A program made the position numbers and the translations under genes. A stretch of DNA of 64,000 bases from positions 449,189 to 513,188 of the forward strand of contig NMRA01000049.1 in NCBI GenBank assembly GCA_002633005.1, given 5' to 3'. This document shows positions 1-12,549 of this stretch, in pieces. Positions within the stretch are counted from its first letter, which is position 1. Each line of letters starts with the position of its first letter. The notes beneath the pieces were generated by a model. That model ran no database searches, was not told the DNA's origin, and saw only the letters and a program-made list of their open reading frames with translations. This DNA comes from Phoronis australis (Eukaryota; Animalia; Phoronida).

Positions 1-151
1 AAACAGGCGACATCAAACACGTGCACTGTTTTCACTTTCCCTTTTTATAGACTACACAATGAGACAACGTGAATCACACATGGAAAATTTATTTTAAAAA
101 TAAAATACGGCGCAAAAAAGGGTAACCCACGGACACGATCAAAAAGCGCAG

Positions 152-319
152 TTTACAGAGTGAGAGCGAGAATTTTAAAATCTTTGTTGAATTGCGACAG
201 GAGATTCGCCTGTGTGATATTTTCGTACCGTCTCTTTTACAGAGTGAGAGCGAGAATTTTAAAATCGTTGTTGAATTGCGACAGGAGATTCGCCTGTGTG
301 ATATTTTCGTACCGTCTCT
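152..319. repeat. Tandem duplication, 2 x 84 bp
   Basis: 152-235 and 236-319 are identical except tctttg / tcgttg. Confidence 0.95.
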
Positions 320-3300
320 GAATTGAACTTATTAGGGTGATTGAGAACAGTTAACATAAATTTTTGAAACTTTGTCTCGTGAGCATGAAAGCCGATGTGA
401 GACACGCCTCCTGAAAACGTGTCACGGCTTTCAGGTCATAAAATCGCGACACGATGACACCCCCACACTAAAATGGAACGTTCCGCCACTCCAAGTCATT
501 TCTTTTCTGGCAGGACAGTAGCGAGAAGCCACTTGGAATATTGGGGAAAATTTCGCTTTCGTGTGCGTATACAGCATCGCAGTATCGCCCAGCAGCAAGT
601 GCCTTTCTTAATCGGAGGTCAGTGTGAATATCTTGTTTTGTCAAATACTAAAAGATTAACACCAGCGATAGCTTAGAATCAATGTTGACCTGGGAAGTAC
701 TGGCTCTTGGTTGCCTTGGCTTAGGACTGGTTGGTCACCATCTGTTAGCGACTGATTTGTGTACGGTAACTGTCGGGTTTCAAAACACAGTGGACAAGTG
801 GTTATTACTCGTCTTGCATGGTAATCCTATGTGTTTAAGAGCCAGTAAGTGAGGCGATCACTTTGGGAACTGAGTTGCAATTGATTTTTATGGATGCAAA
901 TTAATACTGCTGTTCACGACTGCAGACACTGGTAGCTCATGGAATCGGTTGTTAAGTGTGCAATGACCGCGTGCAATGACCTTTGCTTACTAACTCGATC
1001 CTTGTGACGTGTTTCAGTGTTTTGGGCTCTAGCTTTGCCAGGTAAAATAAAAATTGAAGTATTATTTTTATCCTACAAAAGTTCCTTTGGAGAGTAATCC
1101 TGGATTGTAGTAGTTCTGGTTAAAATCCTCTTGTTAGGGACAGTGAAAATAAACTATTTTGCTCAAGGTCTGAGCTTGTGCCAAAATTTAGAAATTGGCA
1201 ATATAGTGCCTGTCCTAAATTTTTGAGTTCTGATCTGCGACAAATAATCATTTCACTTCCATACTTCACATAATGGGAATGCATATGCTACTGGGTCAGT
1301 GGATATTTTAGTTGTTGGGTTTTATGAAGTGCCAAGTTTCTGTTGATAGAAAAACAGTGTAGGTACCTTATTTTTGAAATACAACAAATGCCAAAATTAC
1401 CAATATCTCAGTCTTTGGAATCAGGAAAATTCAATTTTGACTTAAAGTTTGGTGTTCCAAATTTTAGAGACTTGCTCAAACTGGAGAATTTTTTGTTCAT
1501 CTACTGAATAGTGACTAGTGTCCATTGAGTAACTGGGTTCTCAGTGACAGATAAAATGCAGGATTTGGCTAAAAAGTATGGTTGATTCCGTTTCTTCTTT
1601 GGAATTCCGAGTCTGTGGTGCCGTATTTTGAGGTACCGGGGCGCTTAAATTTTAAAAAAAGAAAATGCCCCTGTAAAAACTAAAATGATGGGATTAGTTT
1701 TTTGATCATCACTTGGCAAATCATGGCATTGAAAGCTTGCTTTCATGCCCTTATGCAGCTTTTAAAAAAACTTGACTGAAGTGGACTTGGGGAGGGAGAT
1801 GCGTTTTTTAGTTGGTGAGCACAGGTCTCAAACTGAGCAGGGGTGCAGACCAGGAACATATGTCGGTCGAATGACGGGCTACACCAGAGAGCAGTGGTGG
1901 CATAATGATTGGATAGCAAAGTTATGCGCCAACAATTGAGAAACCACTATTAAGTTCAATTCCAATGTTCCATAACTGTTGTGAGTAATTCCGCATTATG
2001 CAAACTTTTTGTTTCTGATGCTTGTGAACAGAAATTTTTGAAAAATATAAGATAATGGGACTGGACATTTTTAGGTGCGGGTAAGGATGATGAACATGTT
2101 TTTTACCTGGCACCCATGCAAGGCTAACTAGGTCAAACTGCAGAACCCTAACTCGCTGCATTAAAAAAACTTTTAATATCGGGTTCCAAAAATTTGAATC
2201 AAAACGGTGGTTTTCAAATATGGTGCTGTTATTGGGCTTTACTGAAAACTAAACCCTCATTTTCAAATTGGATTTTCAAAAATCAATTCGCGTGTAATAT
2301 TTGTAGGCATGTACTCTCATCATTTCTTTTCGGGATTGTGTTTTTGAAATCACCTGATAGTTTAGGCAGTAACATCGCCTGTAGTCTCCAAAGGAAGAGT
2401 CAACTGTAGGCAGTGGTGGAATCCAACTTAAGTGTACATTGGCCTTAATACTGGACACAAGGTCCTGTTGTAAAAAGGTTCCCGACAACTGAGAGCAACT
2501 GACGGAAACTGATCAGTTTGCGAGTTTGTCCGATGTGCGTCTTCTTACCAATGACAGCGTACAGCTGATCGCTCGGTTGCCGCCAGTTGCACATGTTCTA
2601 CTTTCTCGCCACTGGTTCCACTCAGTTTTGCTGGTCTACCCCGATGTACGCCTTGCTGCAACTGGTGATGACATTTTAAAGACCGTATGATGGTTATGTG
2701 ACCTAATTTTACACTAAAACACAACAAAATGGCAACTGCTTGAACCATAGACATCATCATAATCTGATGTCTATGGCTTGGACCGATTCTGTGGACGTTG
2801 AAATGTGGATATTTACTCAAAAACTTGATCTTAAGGGCAAAGAAGACTGGTCTATTGCTTAAAAAGGTATACTGATGGAAAGTATATAACTACCCAAATA
2901 TCTAACTCACAGCGGCAAATACACACTAGTCTGTTTGTAAGCCACGTGATTTCAAGTACCTCCTGGCGTACTCTTCAATGGTCACAACTCAGTCACTGCC
3001 AGTCACTTTCGATGAGTGCGTAAACGTGACTGGGAGTAACTGGGACTGCTTAGTTTCTCATAGTCGCTAAATTACCGGTGTATGCCTGGTTAGAAACTGA
3101 CATCTGCAGAGTCTGCCAGTTGCCCTTGTTGCTTTACTCGCAGTTATGGAATTGGTGCTCATTAAAATTAACAAATTCATTTAGTAAGAAATGATAACCA
3201 CATGGCACATAGGTAGGCAGAATAACCCATCCTGTCCTTGATGCATTGAATAGCCACAGTATCAGCAAACTGGTAACAAATAAAGCCTCTTCATTGGCCT

Positions 3301-3397
3301 GAATACGTAATTCTTGTGACAATTTCATGTTGAGTTTGTTGTCGGCAACTATCCTTGCCCATGTACTAATAGTGACTGTTCGTGTTTAATAAGTACT

Positions 3398-6300
3398 GAG
3401 TAGCTTGAGATTCGACGTGCTCAGACAAAAATCACGTGAAATTCAAAATGCTGACTTGAATGTTCGGAAATAAATTCACTTAGTTTTAAATGTTTTCAAC
3501 TCTTTGTCAAGTGAGTTGAAGACGGGTGACATGGACTGTCTTTAATGTTGATTCGGAACATAAAGTTGCTTTTTATATTTGATGTCCTTTTTATTTGGTG
3601 TACGGTCTCCTAAGACTATGGTTTCATGACTGCCAGTGTATACGACCGTATATATATTTATTGTATCATTCACTGTATAATTATACTCTATGTATGGCAC
3701 TCTTCACAGTCACAATATGCCATTCTGTGAACACTACCATTCTGGGGCCCCTGAACAAAAACATGGAATAACTTGTTCAAATGCTCACCAATTTTAGTAC
3801 TAGCTTAGGATTTGAGCAATGCAGTTAAAATTTGCTTCCCATTTACGTAGAATAGCTATGACATAAGACACGTTTACATGGAAGACAGCTGTCACAGAGA
3901 AACTAACACTAACACACAGAACAGCTGATCAGGCACAAGTGTATGTGTAAACATGACTGACATGGAGCAAGTTGAAACGGCGGCGGCCATTTTTGACACC
4001 GGTTGAGAGGTAGAGTGAGTTACACCTGATCAGTTCCTCCAGTATCAACTACACATCTAAACACAACTGGGGTAGGGCGGAAAGCGATGATCTTTCCATG
4101 CGCTTGCGCAATAGCGTATATACGGATGATCCACTCAGGTATTCCCCATGGTTTGGGCATTTGTTATTGTTCATGTGAGCGTGCACAAACAGTCTTCGTG
4201 TAAATGATTCATGCTGATCCAGTTTGCAATCTTATGTCATGTAAATGCGACTAAAAGTCAGAGCAAGTCGCTTTATGTGAAAACAGCTATAGTTCAGAAA
4301 GTGCTGCGTGACTGAAATACCTGAAACAGCATGGAAGTGAAATTTTCATTTGAACTCATTTTGTGAATCTGTTGGCCAATGAGGTTTCAAATCGTTCAAG
4401 GGAGCAATGCAAATTTACTGAGGTCTGAAAGTTCTGTGAATTTTGTCTACTTGAGTGACTTAACTAAATGTTGTCCTTTACATGGCATTTCTGTGCCGCA
4501 AAGTATGATAACATTTTTAGGGCAAATTAAATAACTTTACCTATTTTATCCGGTGTTGGTATTCACTGCCTGTTGCAACATTTATGTGCTCACTTGATAT
4601 TTGAGGGACAAAATCTACTTTGCAAATTAGGTGGCATTTTTGTCTACATGACTTATAAGTTGCATACCAAAAGTTGGTTAACTTTACGAGTTACACCCCA
4701 CGCCACAAACAAAGGCCTTTATCCTGCATTCGCATGTGTTCTTTGAAGTAAATGGTCTGACTATATTGAACTGCTGGCGAAAATGCCAGCAGTTTGGTCA
4801 CTCAAAACTTCCAGTAAAGCACCAACAAAATTGACACTCGTTACCATTCATATATTATTTGCGTTTTGCTGCGTGTTGCGAAAGAGGAAGCGAAAATCTT
4901 AGCATTTTAGCTTGGATTGGGGAAAGAGGGGTTAAGAAATGTCCCTAAGACCTTTCCCACTGCCTCTGAAGCTTCGGTATTACCAAAGCTGCGGTCTGTG
5001 GGAACATTTGACTTTGGTCTTCTATTGAAATTGATAGCTCTTGTTAATGCTGAAGTTAAGAGACGGAAGGCGAAGCGTTGACGCTTTGGTGTAATGAGAA
5101 CACTTAACTTCGATGCTATCGGAGTTATCGACAGTTGTCACTGCATTCGCCAACTGCGGGGCGGTAACTGGTTAATATTTGTTGATATCTTGTTCCAATA
5201 TTTGTTATTTTGGCTACGCGCTTGCTGGATTCTTTCCTTAAAAATAATAAAAATATCACTGAACGTTTTATGTAGGCNGAGTAGCTTGAGATTCGACGTG
5301 CTCGGACAAAAATCACGTGAAATTCAAAATGCTGACTTGAATGTTCGGAAATAAATTCACTTAGTTTTAAATGTTTTCAACTCTTTGTCAAGTGAGTTGA
5401 AGACGGGTGACATGGACTGTCTTTAATGTTGATTCGGAACATAAAGTTGCTTGTTATATTTGATGTCCTTTTTATTTGGTGTACGGTCTCCTAAGACTAT
5501 GGTATCATGACTGCCTGTGTATACGACCGTATATATATTTATTGTATCATTCACTGTATATACTCTATGTATGGCACTCTTCACAGTCACAATATGCCAT
5601 TCTGTGAACACTACCATTCTGGGGCCCCTGAACAAAAACATGGAATAACTTGTTCAAATGCTCACCAATTTTAGTACTAGCTTAGGATTTGAGCAATGCA
5701 GTTAAAATTTGCTTCATATTTACATAGAATAGCTATGACATAAGACACGTTTACATGGAAGACAGCTGTCACGGAGAAACTAACACTTAACACACAGAAC
5801 AGCTGATCAGGCACAAGTGTATGTGCAAACGTGACTGACATGGAGCAAGTTGAAACGGCGGCGACCATTTTTGACACCGGTTGAGAGGTAGAGTGAGTTA
5901 CACCTGATCAGTTCCTCCAGTATACACATCTAAACACAACTGGGGTAGGGCGGAAAGGGATGATCTTTTCATGCGCTTGCGCAGTAGCGTATATACGGAC
6001 GATCCACTCAGGTATTCCCCATGGTTTGGGCATTTGTTATTGTTCATGTGAGCGTGCGCAAACAGTCTTCGTGTAAATGATTCATGCTGATCCAGTTTGC
6101 AATCTTATGTCGTGTAAATGCGACTAAAAGTCAGAGCAAGTTGCTCTATGTGAAAACAGCTATAGTTCAGAAAGTGCTGCATGACTGAAATACCTGAAAC
6201 AGCATGGCAGTGAAATTTTCATTAGAACTCATTTTGTGAATCTGTTGGTCAATGAGGTTTCAAATCGTTCTAGGGAGCAATGCAAATTTACTGAGGTATG

Positions 6301-7036
6301 AAAGTTCTGTGAATTTTGTCTACTTGAGTGACTTAACTAAATGTTGTCCTTTACATGGCATTTCTGTGTCGCAAAGTATGATAACATTTTAGGGCAAATT
6401 AAATAACTTTACCTATTTTATCCGGTGTTGGTATTCACTGCCTGTTGCAACATTTATGTGCTCACTTGATATTTGAGGGACAAAATCTACTTTGCAATTA
6501 GGTGGCATTTTTGTCTACATGACTTATAAGTTGCATACCATAAGTTGGCTAACTTTACAAGTTACACCCCACGCCATAAACAAAGGCCTTTATCCTGCAT
6601 TCGCATGTGTTCTTTGAAGTAAATGGTCTGACTACTCTGAACTGCTGGCAAAAATGCCAGCAGTTTGGTAACTCAAAACTTCCAGTAAAGCACCAACAAA
6701 ATTGACACTCGTTACCATTCATATATTATTTGCGTTTTGCTGCGTGTTGCGAAAGAGGAAGCGAAAATGTTAGCATTTTAGCTTGGATTGGGGAAAGAGG
6801 GGTTAAGAAATGTCCCTAACCCCTAAGACCTTTCCCACTGCCTCTGAAGCTTCGGTATTACCAAAGCTGCGGTCAGTGTGAACATTTGACTTTGGTCTTC
6901 TATTGAAATTGATAGCTCTAGTTAACTCTGAAGTTAAGAGGTGGATTTAAGAGCGAAGCGTTGACGCTTTGGTATAATGAGAACAATTAACTTCGATGCC
7001 ATCGGAGTTATCGGCAGTTGCCACTGCATTCGCCAA
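3398..7036. repeat. ~1.76 kb tandem duplicate (3398-5153 / 5279-7036) flanking a single N; probable uncollapsed haplotypes
   Basis: Copy 2 starts right after N 5278 with gagtagcttgagattcgacgtg (= 3398); homology ends at ctgcattcgccaa (5153 / 7036). Confidence 0.9.
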
Positions 7037-7375
7037 TCTTCTTCATCTCAATGCGACTCATTGGTGGCATTCTGAGGTTGATGTCCTCGTGTCTATGTGG
7101 GATGAAGGGGAGGTCCTTGCCATTTTGATGGCAAGGACAAAAAACAGTAAGGTGTACGAATGTATACAGCGCCAATGAGATAAATTTATACAGGCCCAAT
7201 GAGATAACTTTATACAGGCCCAATGAGATAAATTTATACAGACCCAATGAGATAAATTTATACAGGCCCAATGAGATAAATTTATTATATATAGCTCATT
7301 GTGCAGGCCAAGGTCACATTGGCGCCACCTCATGTTAACTTCTCTGAACTATAACTCCGATGCTGATGTGAACAC
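6826..7375 (+). mobile_element. Degenerate PIF/Harbinger-like element carrying a Myb/SANT (trihelix-type) ORF remnant
   Basis: Left end taAGACCTTTCCCACT and internal motifs (gcggtcagt, ggtggatttaa, catcggagttatc) are shared with the element at 12049. ORF 6996-7178 reads W..SE...L...W.E..V...L....KN.KVYE.I, the Myb_DNA-bind_4 pattern. Right end approximate. Confidence 0.6.
7163..7285. repeat. Minisatellite, 5 x 24 bp (TATACAGGCCCAATGAGATAAATT)
   Basis: Units start at 7163, 7187, 7211, 7235 and 7259, each with 0-2 mismatches. Confidence 0.95.
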
Positions 7376-8854
7376 TCGCACTCATCTTTGGGATGAACCA
7401 AACTTAACATCAAAGCTTCGAATAGCGAAATTAACTGTATTGAAAATGGTCTTCTGAGTGTCGGGTAGTCCCAGTCCAAATTATGGGGTTGTCAAACAAT
7501 GGATTCAATTTTGCTCAACATCTTGACAGTTTGGGAGACTGAAATATCCCTTTAGTCATAACAATTAATTAGTGTTTCCTTCAATATACTGTATGATTGA
7601 CACTGCAAAAACAAGCTGAAATTAACTGGTTGAAAATTGGTTCCTGTATACATTTAAATCATTTACTGGTGGCCAGAATATATGTTTGATTTTATGTGTT
7701 TCATTAAGTCCAAGTACGATTGGTGCGGTAATTCAAATACCGCAAAACATTCTTTGTGCATTTTAACATTGTTTATGGAATGTTCAAGTCTCGGTAAATT
7801 TTTTTATTTGAAGAAGTCTGCATTTTCTTTGAATAGTATCATGTTATAAATAAATGTGCCATTTCTTCCGTGATTGTAATTGCCTGTTATATAAGGGAGT
7901 ATTTTAAGTTTTTAGAATGTGTGAATTGTAAAGGAGGCTGGGCTATCTATGTACCTGTTGATGTTTCCCATCAATGGTCTAGTCTAATTGGCAATAAATT
8001 GATTAATCGTTGATGGTTATTTGTTATGATTAATCAGTTTGGTATGTTCTTCCAAATTGGTCAATGCAGGATAATTTGGCAGATTTTATAGACATTGCTC
8101 AGTGAAAGTTCATGTTGGGCTGCACTATTGTATACTGATGGTATCAAAGCATGATTTAGTAGTAGGGAAAAGATATAGTGTAGCTGTTGTCATAAATCTG
8201 TGGCCCCTGAATTAGCATTGGGAAAGTCACACCCTGCTGTGAAGATTGTATCAGAGCTTTGCATAATGACCAGATGTCTCTGCAGGGTTTGTATTGGATC
8301 TCCAACTCCAGGGTTTTAATAGACTTTACCAGGGAGGCATTTTAGTTTCCTAATGAACAAGTTAAGTTTTGCTAGTGTTCATTGATGTGTAGACCATGCT
8401 TTGTAAAAAGCATGTGAACCATAAATCTTGAAAAACATCTGTTTTTCCTGGAATGCATGCTGGAGGCTTTTTACAGGGAAGTTTGTACACACCAATACGT
8501 CTGTGTCCCGTTGCATGAAACAGTCCCAAATAGGGACTAGGTCCCTAAATTTACCGGTAATGCGTGCTTGTAGACTTTTGAAAACATGTCTGTTCTTATT
8601 CTGATTTAGTTTCATTGCTAAATCAATTTTTGGCTTATACAAAGCGAGAGTGAGTTCTATGTTGAATTCTCAATATCATTGAAAATAAGTAGGGATATTT
8701 TCATGTGTAACTCCCGTAATTTAAGGACCAACACCCTTTTTTCAGTAAATTAAGGACTCAGATTTTTAGAAAATGTTGTTAACCAAAAAGGAGCTCATGA
8801 TAAAGATAACGGTGACAGAAAAAGATTACAAAAACATGTGTGAGTAAAGAACGA

Positions 8855-9001
8855 CACGGGTATTCAAAACATTTCAGGGGCAGGGCAGAGTATTAGCCAG
8901 GATTTTGTTTGTCAGATATTCGCGCCCCCAAACTGCCAAATGGAATCTGGGAGAATTTTAGGGGGTTCATGGCCCCCTTGGCCCAGCCCTAAATCCGCCT
9001 G
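8855..9001 (-). mobile_element. Short non-autonomous DNA transposon (MITE), inverted copy of the 11165 element
   Basis: Reverse complement aligns to 11165-11326 (cccagattccatttggcagtt.ggggg.gcgaat...aaaatcctggctaatactctgccctgcccc). Confidence 0.8.
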
Positions 9002-9585
9002 TAGCATGCAAAGGCTTACAAGTTTTACATATGAAAATTGTGGGCATTCATAACAATAAGCTCTTGATAATAAAAGAAAGAACAATTTTAGCAATTATTT
9101 TTGTCTGAAATTTGTGCGATTTTAATGTACCGTATGTGTGATTTAAGTTTGTTGTTGGCAATTTGTGTTATTCTGCTTCTTGAAGTGTGAATTTAGATTC
9201 TAAACTTGGCTGGCTTTCAATCTTTTATTTTTGTGATGGTTGCTTTGTTGTCCTTGTTCCAGAAAAATATGTTGTGGTAGACCCATGCTTTCAATTTTAG
9301 TGCAGCAGTGACAAGTCCTTTGTCATATATTGTTCATACATCCCTCAAGTTATCTGTTATGGCACCAAATGCTTACTGGCTCTCAACTATCCCACAATGC
9401 ATTTGAAAATGATAGCTACACTGTAGAACATCCTTAGGTATCCTTTCAGTGTACAATTAATGCTTAGAGTAATCAATTCTACTTTGATGTGAACATGTTT
9501 TGTATTTTCAACGTAGAAAATATATCTGAAACTAAATAAGGCAATCCAGATCCTCCCAAGGATACTATTGTTTCATGAAATGAAG

Positions 9586-9772
9586 AATATAAATCGGTAA
9601 ATAAAACAACAAGAATGGATCAACTGAAATTTGAAATTTTCAGATGTAATAACTTCCTTTATCAACAAAAACAGTCCTTATTTCTGTTTTTGTTGATAAA
9701 GGAAGTTATTACATCCGAAAATTTCAAATTTCAGTTGATCCATTCTTGTTGTTTTATTTACCGATTTGTATT
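9586..9772. repeat. Near-perfect inverted repeat, 89-bp arms, 9-nt loop
   Basis: 9586-9674 pairs with 9684-9772 with two mismatches. Confidence 0.95.
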
Positions 9773-11164
9773 TTCAGAATCTTGTTTTTGGGAAGTCCAC
9801 TCGGCAGATGTGTTGTGGTCATTTATGATTGCTAGCATTCCATCAGGGTTGTCAATCAATGTCATAAAATATCAGAATATAGTGGTCATTTAATTTGTGA
9901 TAAGTTCATGGTTGATACATAGTTCAGAGCTTATTGAACTCCTAGATTCAGTTAGTCAGAACAAAGAGGCCGTTTGCGTAAAAAACTTACAAAACGGACA
10001 GTGCTGAGTATCAGGCGTATAATCACTCATTATGGACCTTTTGTAAGTTGACAAGCAATGTGGATTTTTGTTCTACTTCTGTTAACATCACAGTTATTAC
10101 CTGGGGAGGTGGGGCCTTCCCTGGACTGAAGAAAAGTGAAAATGCAATATCACACAAGTCCTTGTGAGATATCGCCATGTATTGCCAGCAATTCATGTAA
10201 TCATAACCACTTTTCTGGTTAGTGTATTGCCCCTGCACTGTGGAAACTCATCTGATTTTTGTCTCATGCTGTATAGAAGTATATTCCTTCATTAGGCAAA
10301 TCTTATGCTAACAGGATTTGTATGCTATTGGACGAGAAAGTGTGCACTCATACCCCAGTGTATCCAGCGAATTCCTCAGCACATCGTAGGCTTGATGGCG
10401 CCATCCCGGATTGAAGTGAGCTAGTTGCTATTCATGGTCTTGTTGGATGAGATAATTGCGGTCGTAAACCAACTCGCATGTTTAGGGTACAGTTTTCAAA
10501 GTAAAAAAAATGAACAATAAGTAAGGCAAACAACCAACTGGACTGTTTTTAAAACTGAAAGGTAAATAGTAGGCGTCTTTGAATTTTTAAAATTGATGCA
10601 TTGTAAGAGAAATTAGGGAATGTATTTTCTTCAGCATCGTAGCTAAGCCACGAGCATTAATATGTAAATCGATTAGTCTGGCTTATCCTTGCTTAGGCCT
10701 TGGGTTAACAAAACCCCAAATGTTAGCTTTAGGAGTTGTCTCACGTACTCCAGCATATGCATCGAGATGGCAGTTCAGTTGGTCTGGGCCACATAATGGT
10801 GGAAAAGTGAAATTTTGTTTTTCATTTTCTTCTTAAAGGAATAATAATTTACAATTTTCAGATTTTAAACCATAGCTCTATAGCTACTACCGAGCAGTGT
10901 CTGGGACTTGTGTGTATTCATGACAATGTTAGTAGTTCATACTTTGAGAAGTACAGAGTGAGGTCAATTTTAGTGATTATAATTGTCTGAAATTGGTGAG
11001 ATATTACCGTAGGCTTTGGGCTTTTTAAGTAGAGCTTTTGAAAATGTCTGAATTAGGAGTTGAAATTCTTGTTTTAATTTTTATCGAAACTATGACCGTG
11101 ATGATAAGTCAATCCTGGAGTGAACTGTCCTCTTCAGTGCAGGCAGAAAACTGTGTTATATTGG

Positions 11165-11326
11165 CAGTGGTGGATTTAAGGGGGGGGCATGGGGGCCATG
11201 GCCCCCTTAAAATTTTCCCAGATTCCATTTGGCAGTTCGGGGGTGCGAATGTCTGGTGGGCAAAATCCTGGCTAATACTCTGCCCTGCCCCCACCCACCC
11301 TACTCAAAATCCTGAATCCGCCCCTG
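11165..11326 (+). mobile_element. MITE with CAGTGGTGGATTTA...TGAATCCGCCCCTG termini and 5-bp TSD (ATTGG)
   Basis: Imperfect terminal inverted repeats; attgg directly flanks both ends; second copy at ~8855-9001. Confidence 0.85.
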
Positions 11327-12048
11327 ATTGGTGACCTACTTTTCAAAATACGAAGCAACAAATGACCCTTGCTGCTGTGCAGTATTTTGGTGGAAGTCTT
11401 CATTTCCGCTTGGGGCTTCCTCACAAAATGTAGAAAAGCTGCAGTCGAGCGGTTCCTACTATTTTACGCGCGAGTCTATTAGTCACGTCAGGAGAGTGCG
11501 AGTCTGCGAGACATGTAAACCAAGCGACATCGCGGGTGTGAAAGGTGCGAGTTGTGATAACAGCCACCGATGTCAGCAGGGCTCTAAGCTACTTGTATTA
11601 GATTTGTGTGAGGCATGAATACATTTAAAATAAAGTAGTGTTTTTATTTTACTAGAATACCCATGTGAAGCACTAGCCAACAGTCACATCCACACACTTT
11701 GCCAGGCCGATGACTGCACACAAACTTATTTAACAAAAATCAAGAATTTTCAGATATTTCGCTATACACATTATGAATGTGCAAACTCTTGGTGGCTCAT
11801 TATTACAAGGAAACGTTCCTCCTAATAGAAATGGCCCCCATTGTTTGGGTAGATGCCAAGCCAGTGTCAAAATGCGGGCAATAAGTAGGCTTAAATCATT
11901 AATTGTGTATTTTTATGCTGTCATTTTCATTGTAAAGGAATGCAACATGATCAAAATTTGTTATGAATTCTCAAGTGAGGTTTAGCCAATCACTCAACAA
12001 CTCAAGGTGATGATATGCTTAGATGCCAGAATGCTGTAAAGTTTCTTA

Positions 12049-12549
12049 AAACCCTTTCATACTAATGTTGATGCCCTTAGTGAGTTGCGGTCAGTATGAA
12101 TGGTTAACTTCAGTCTTGGATAGAAGTTAAGAGCACCTGAGCTATTACTTCACACTAAACAGGTGGATTTAACAGCGGAGTGTCGACGGCGACGCTGTGG
12201 TGCGGTATGAATGGTCAACTTTAGGCGCATCGAAGTTATCACCACGGGCCACTATCATCAACATTTAAAAGACAATGTCACTAATAGTTGCTTATATTTT
12301 GCTCAAATAATCATCAATCAAATTATTAAAAATCAGTTTTATGTCAATTCAGGAACACACGTAAATGTTCTCAAATTGTCACATTGAAAAATGTTAGCGT
12401 GCATCAGGGATGTATCAGTGCTACTTTGCGATTACTTCAATGAAGACACCTACCATTTACTTCGATGCCGTTAACTACCGAAGCTGGTATGAACGATTGA
12501 ATTAACTTCACACTGTACAAACTGTAGTTATGCTAGTGTGGAAGGGCCT
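12049..12549 (+). mobile_element. PIF/Harbinger-like MITE (~500 bp)
   Basis: Termini AAACCCTTTCATACTA ... TAGTGTGGAAGGGCCT, flanked by tta / gta; homologous copy at 30779. Confidence 0.75.

Noticed and set aside
7008-7333. Minus-strand ORFs with repeated GLYKFISL / CINLSHW peptides
   Set aside because: They are translations of the 24-bp minisatellite.
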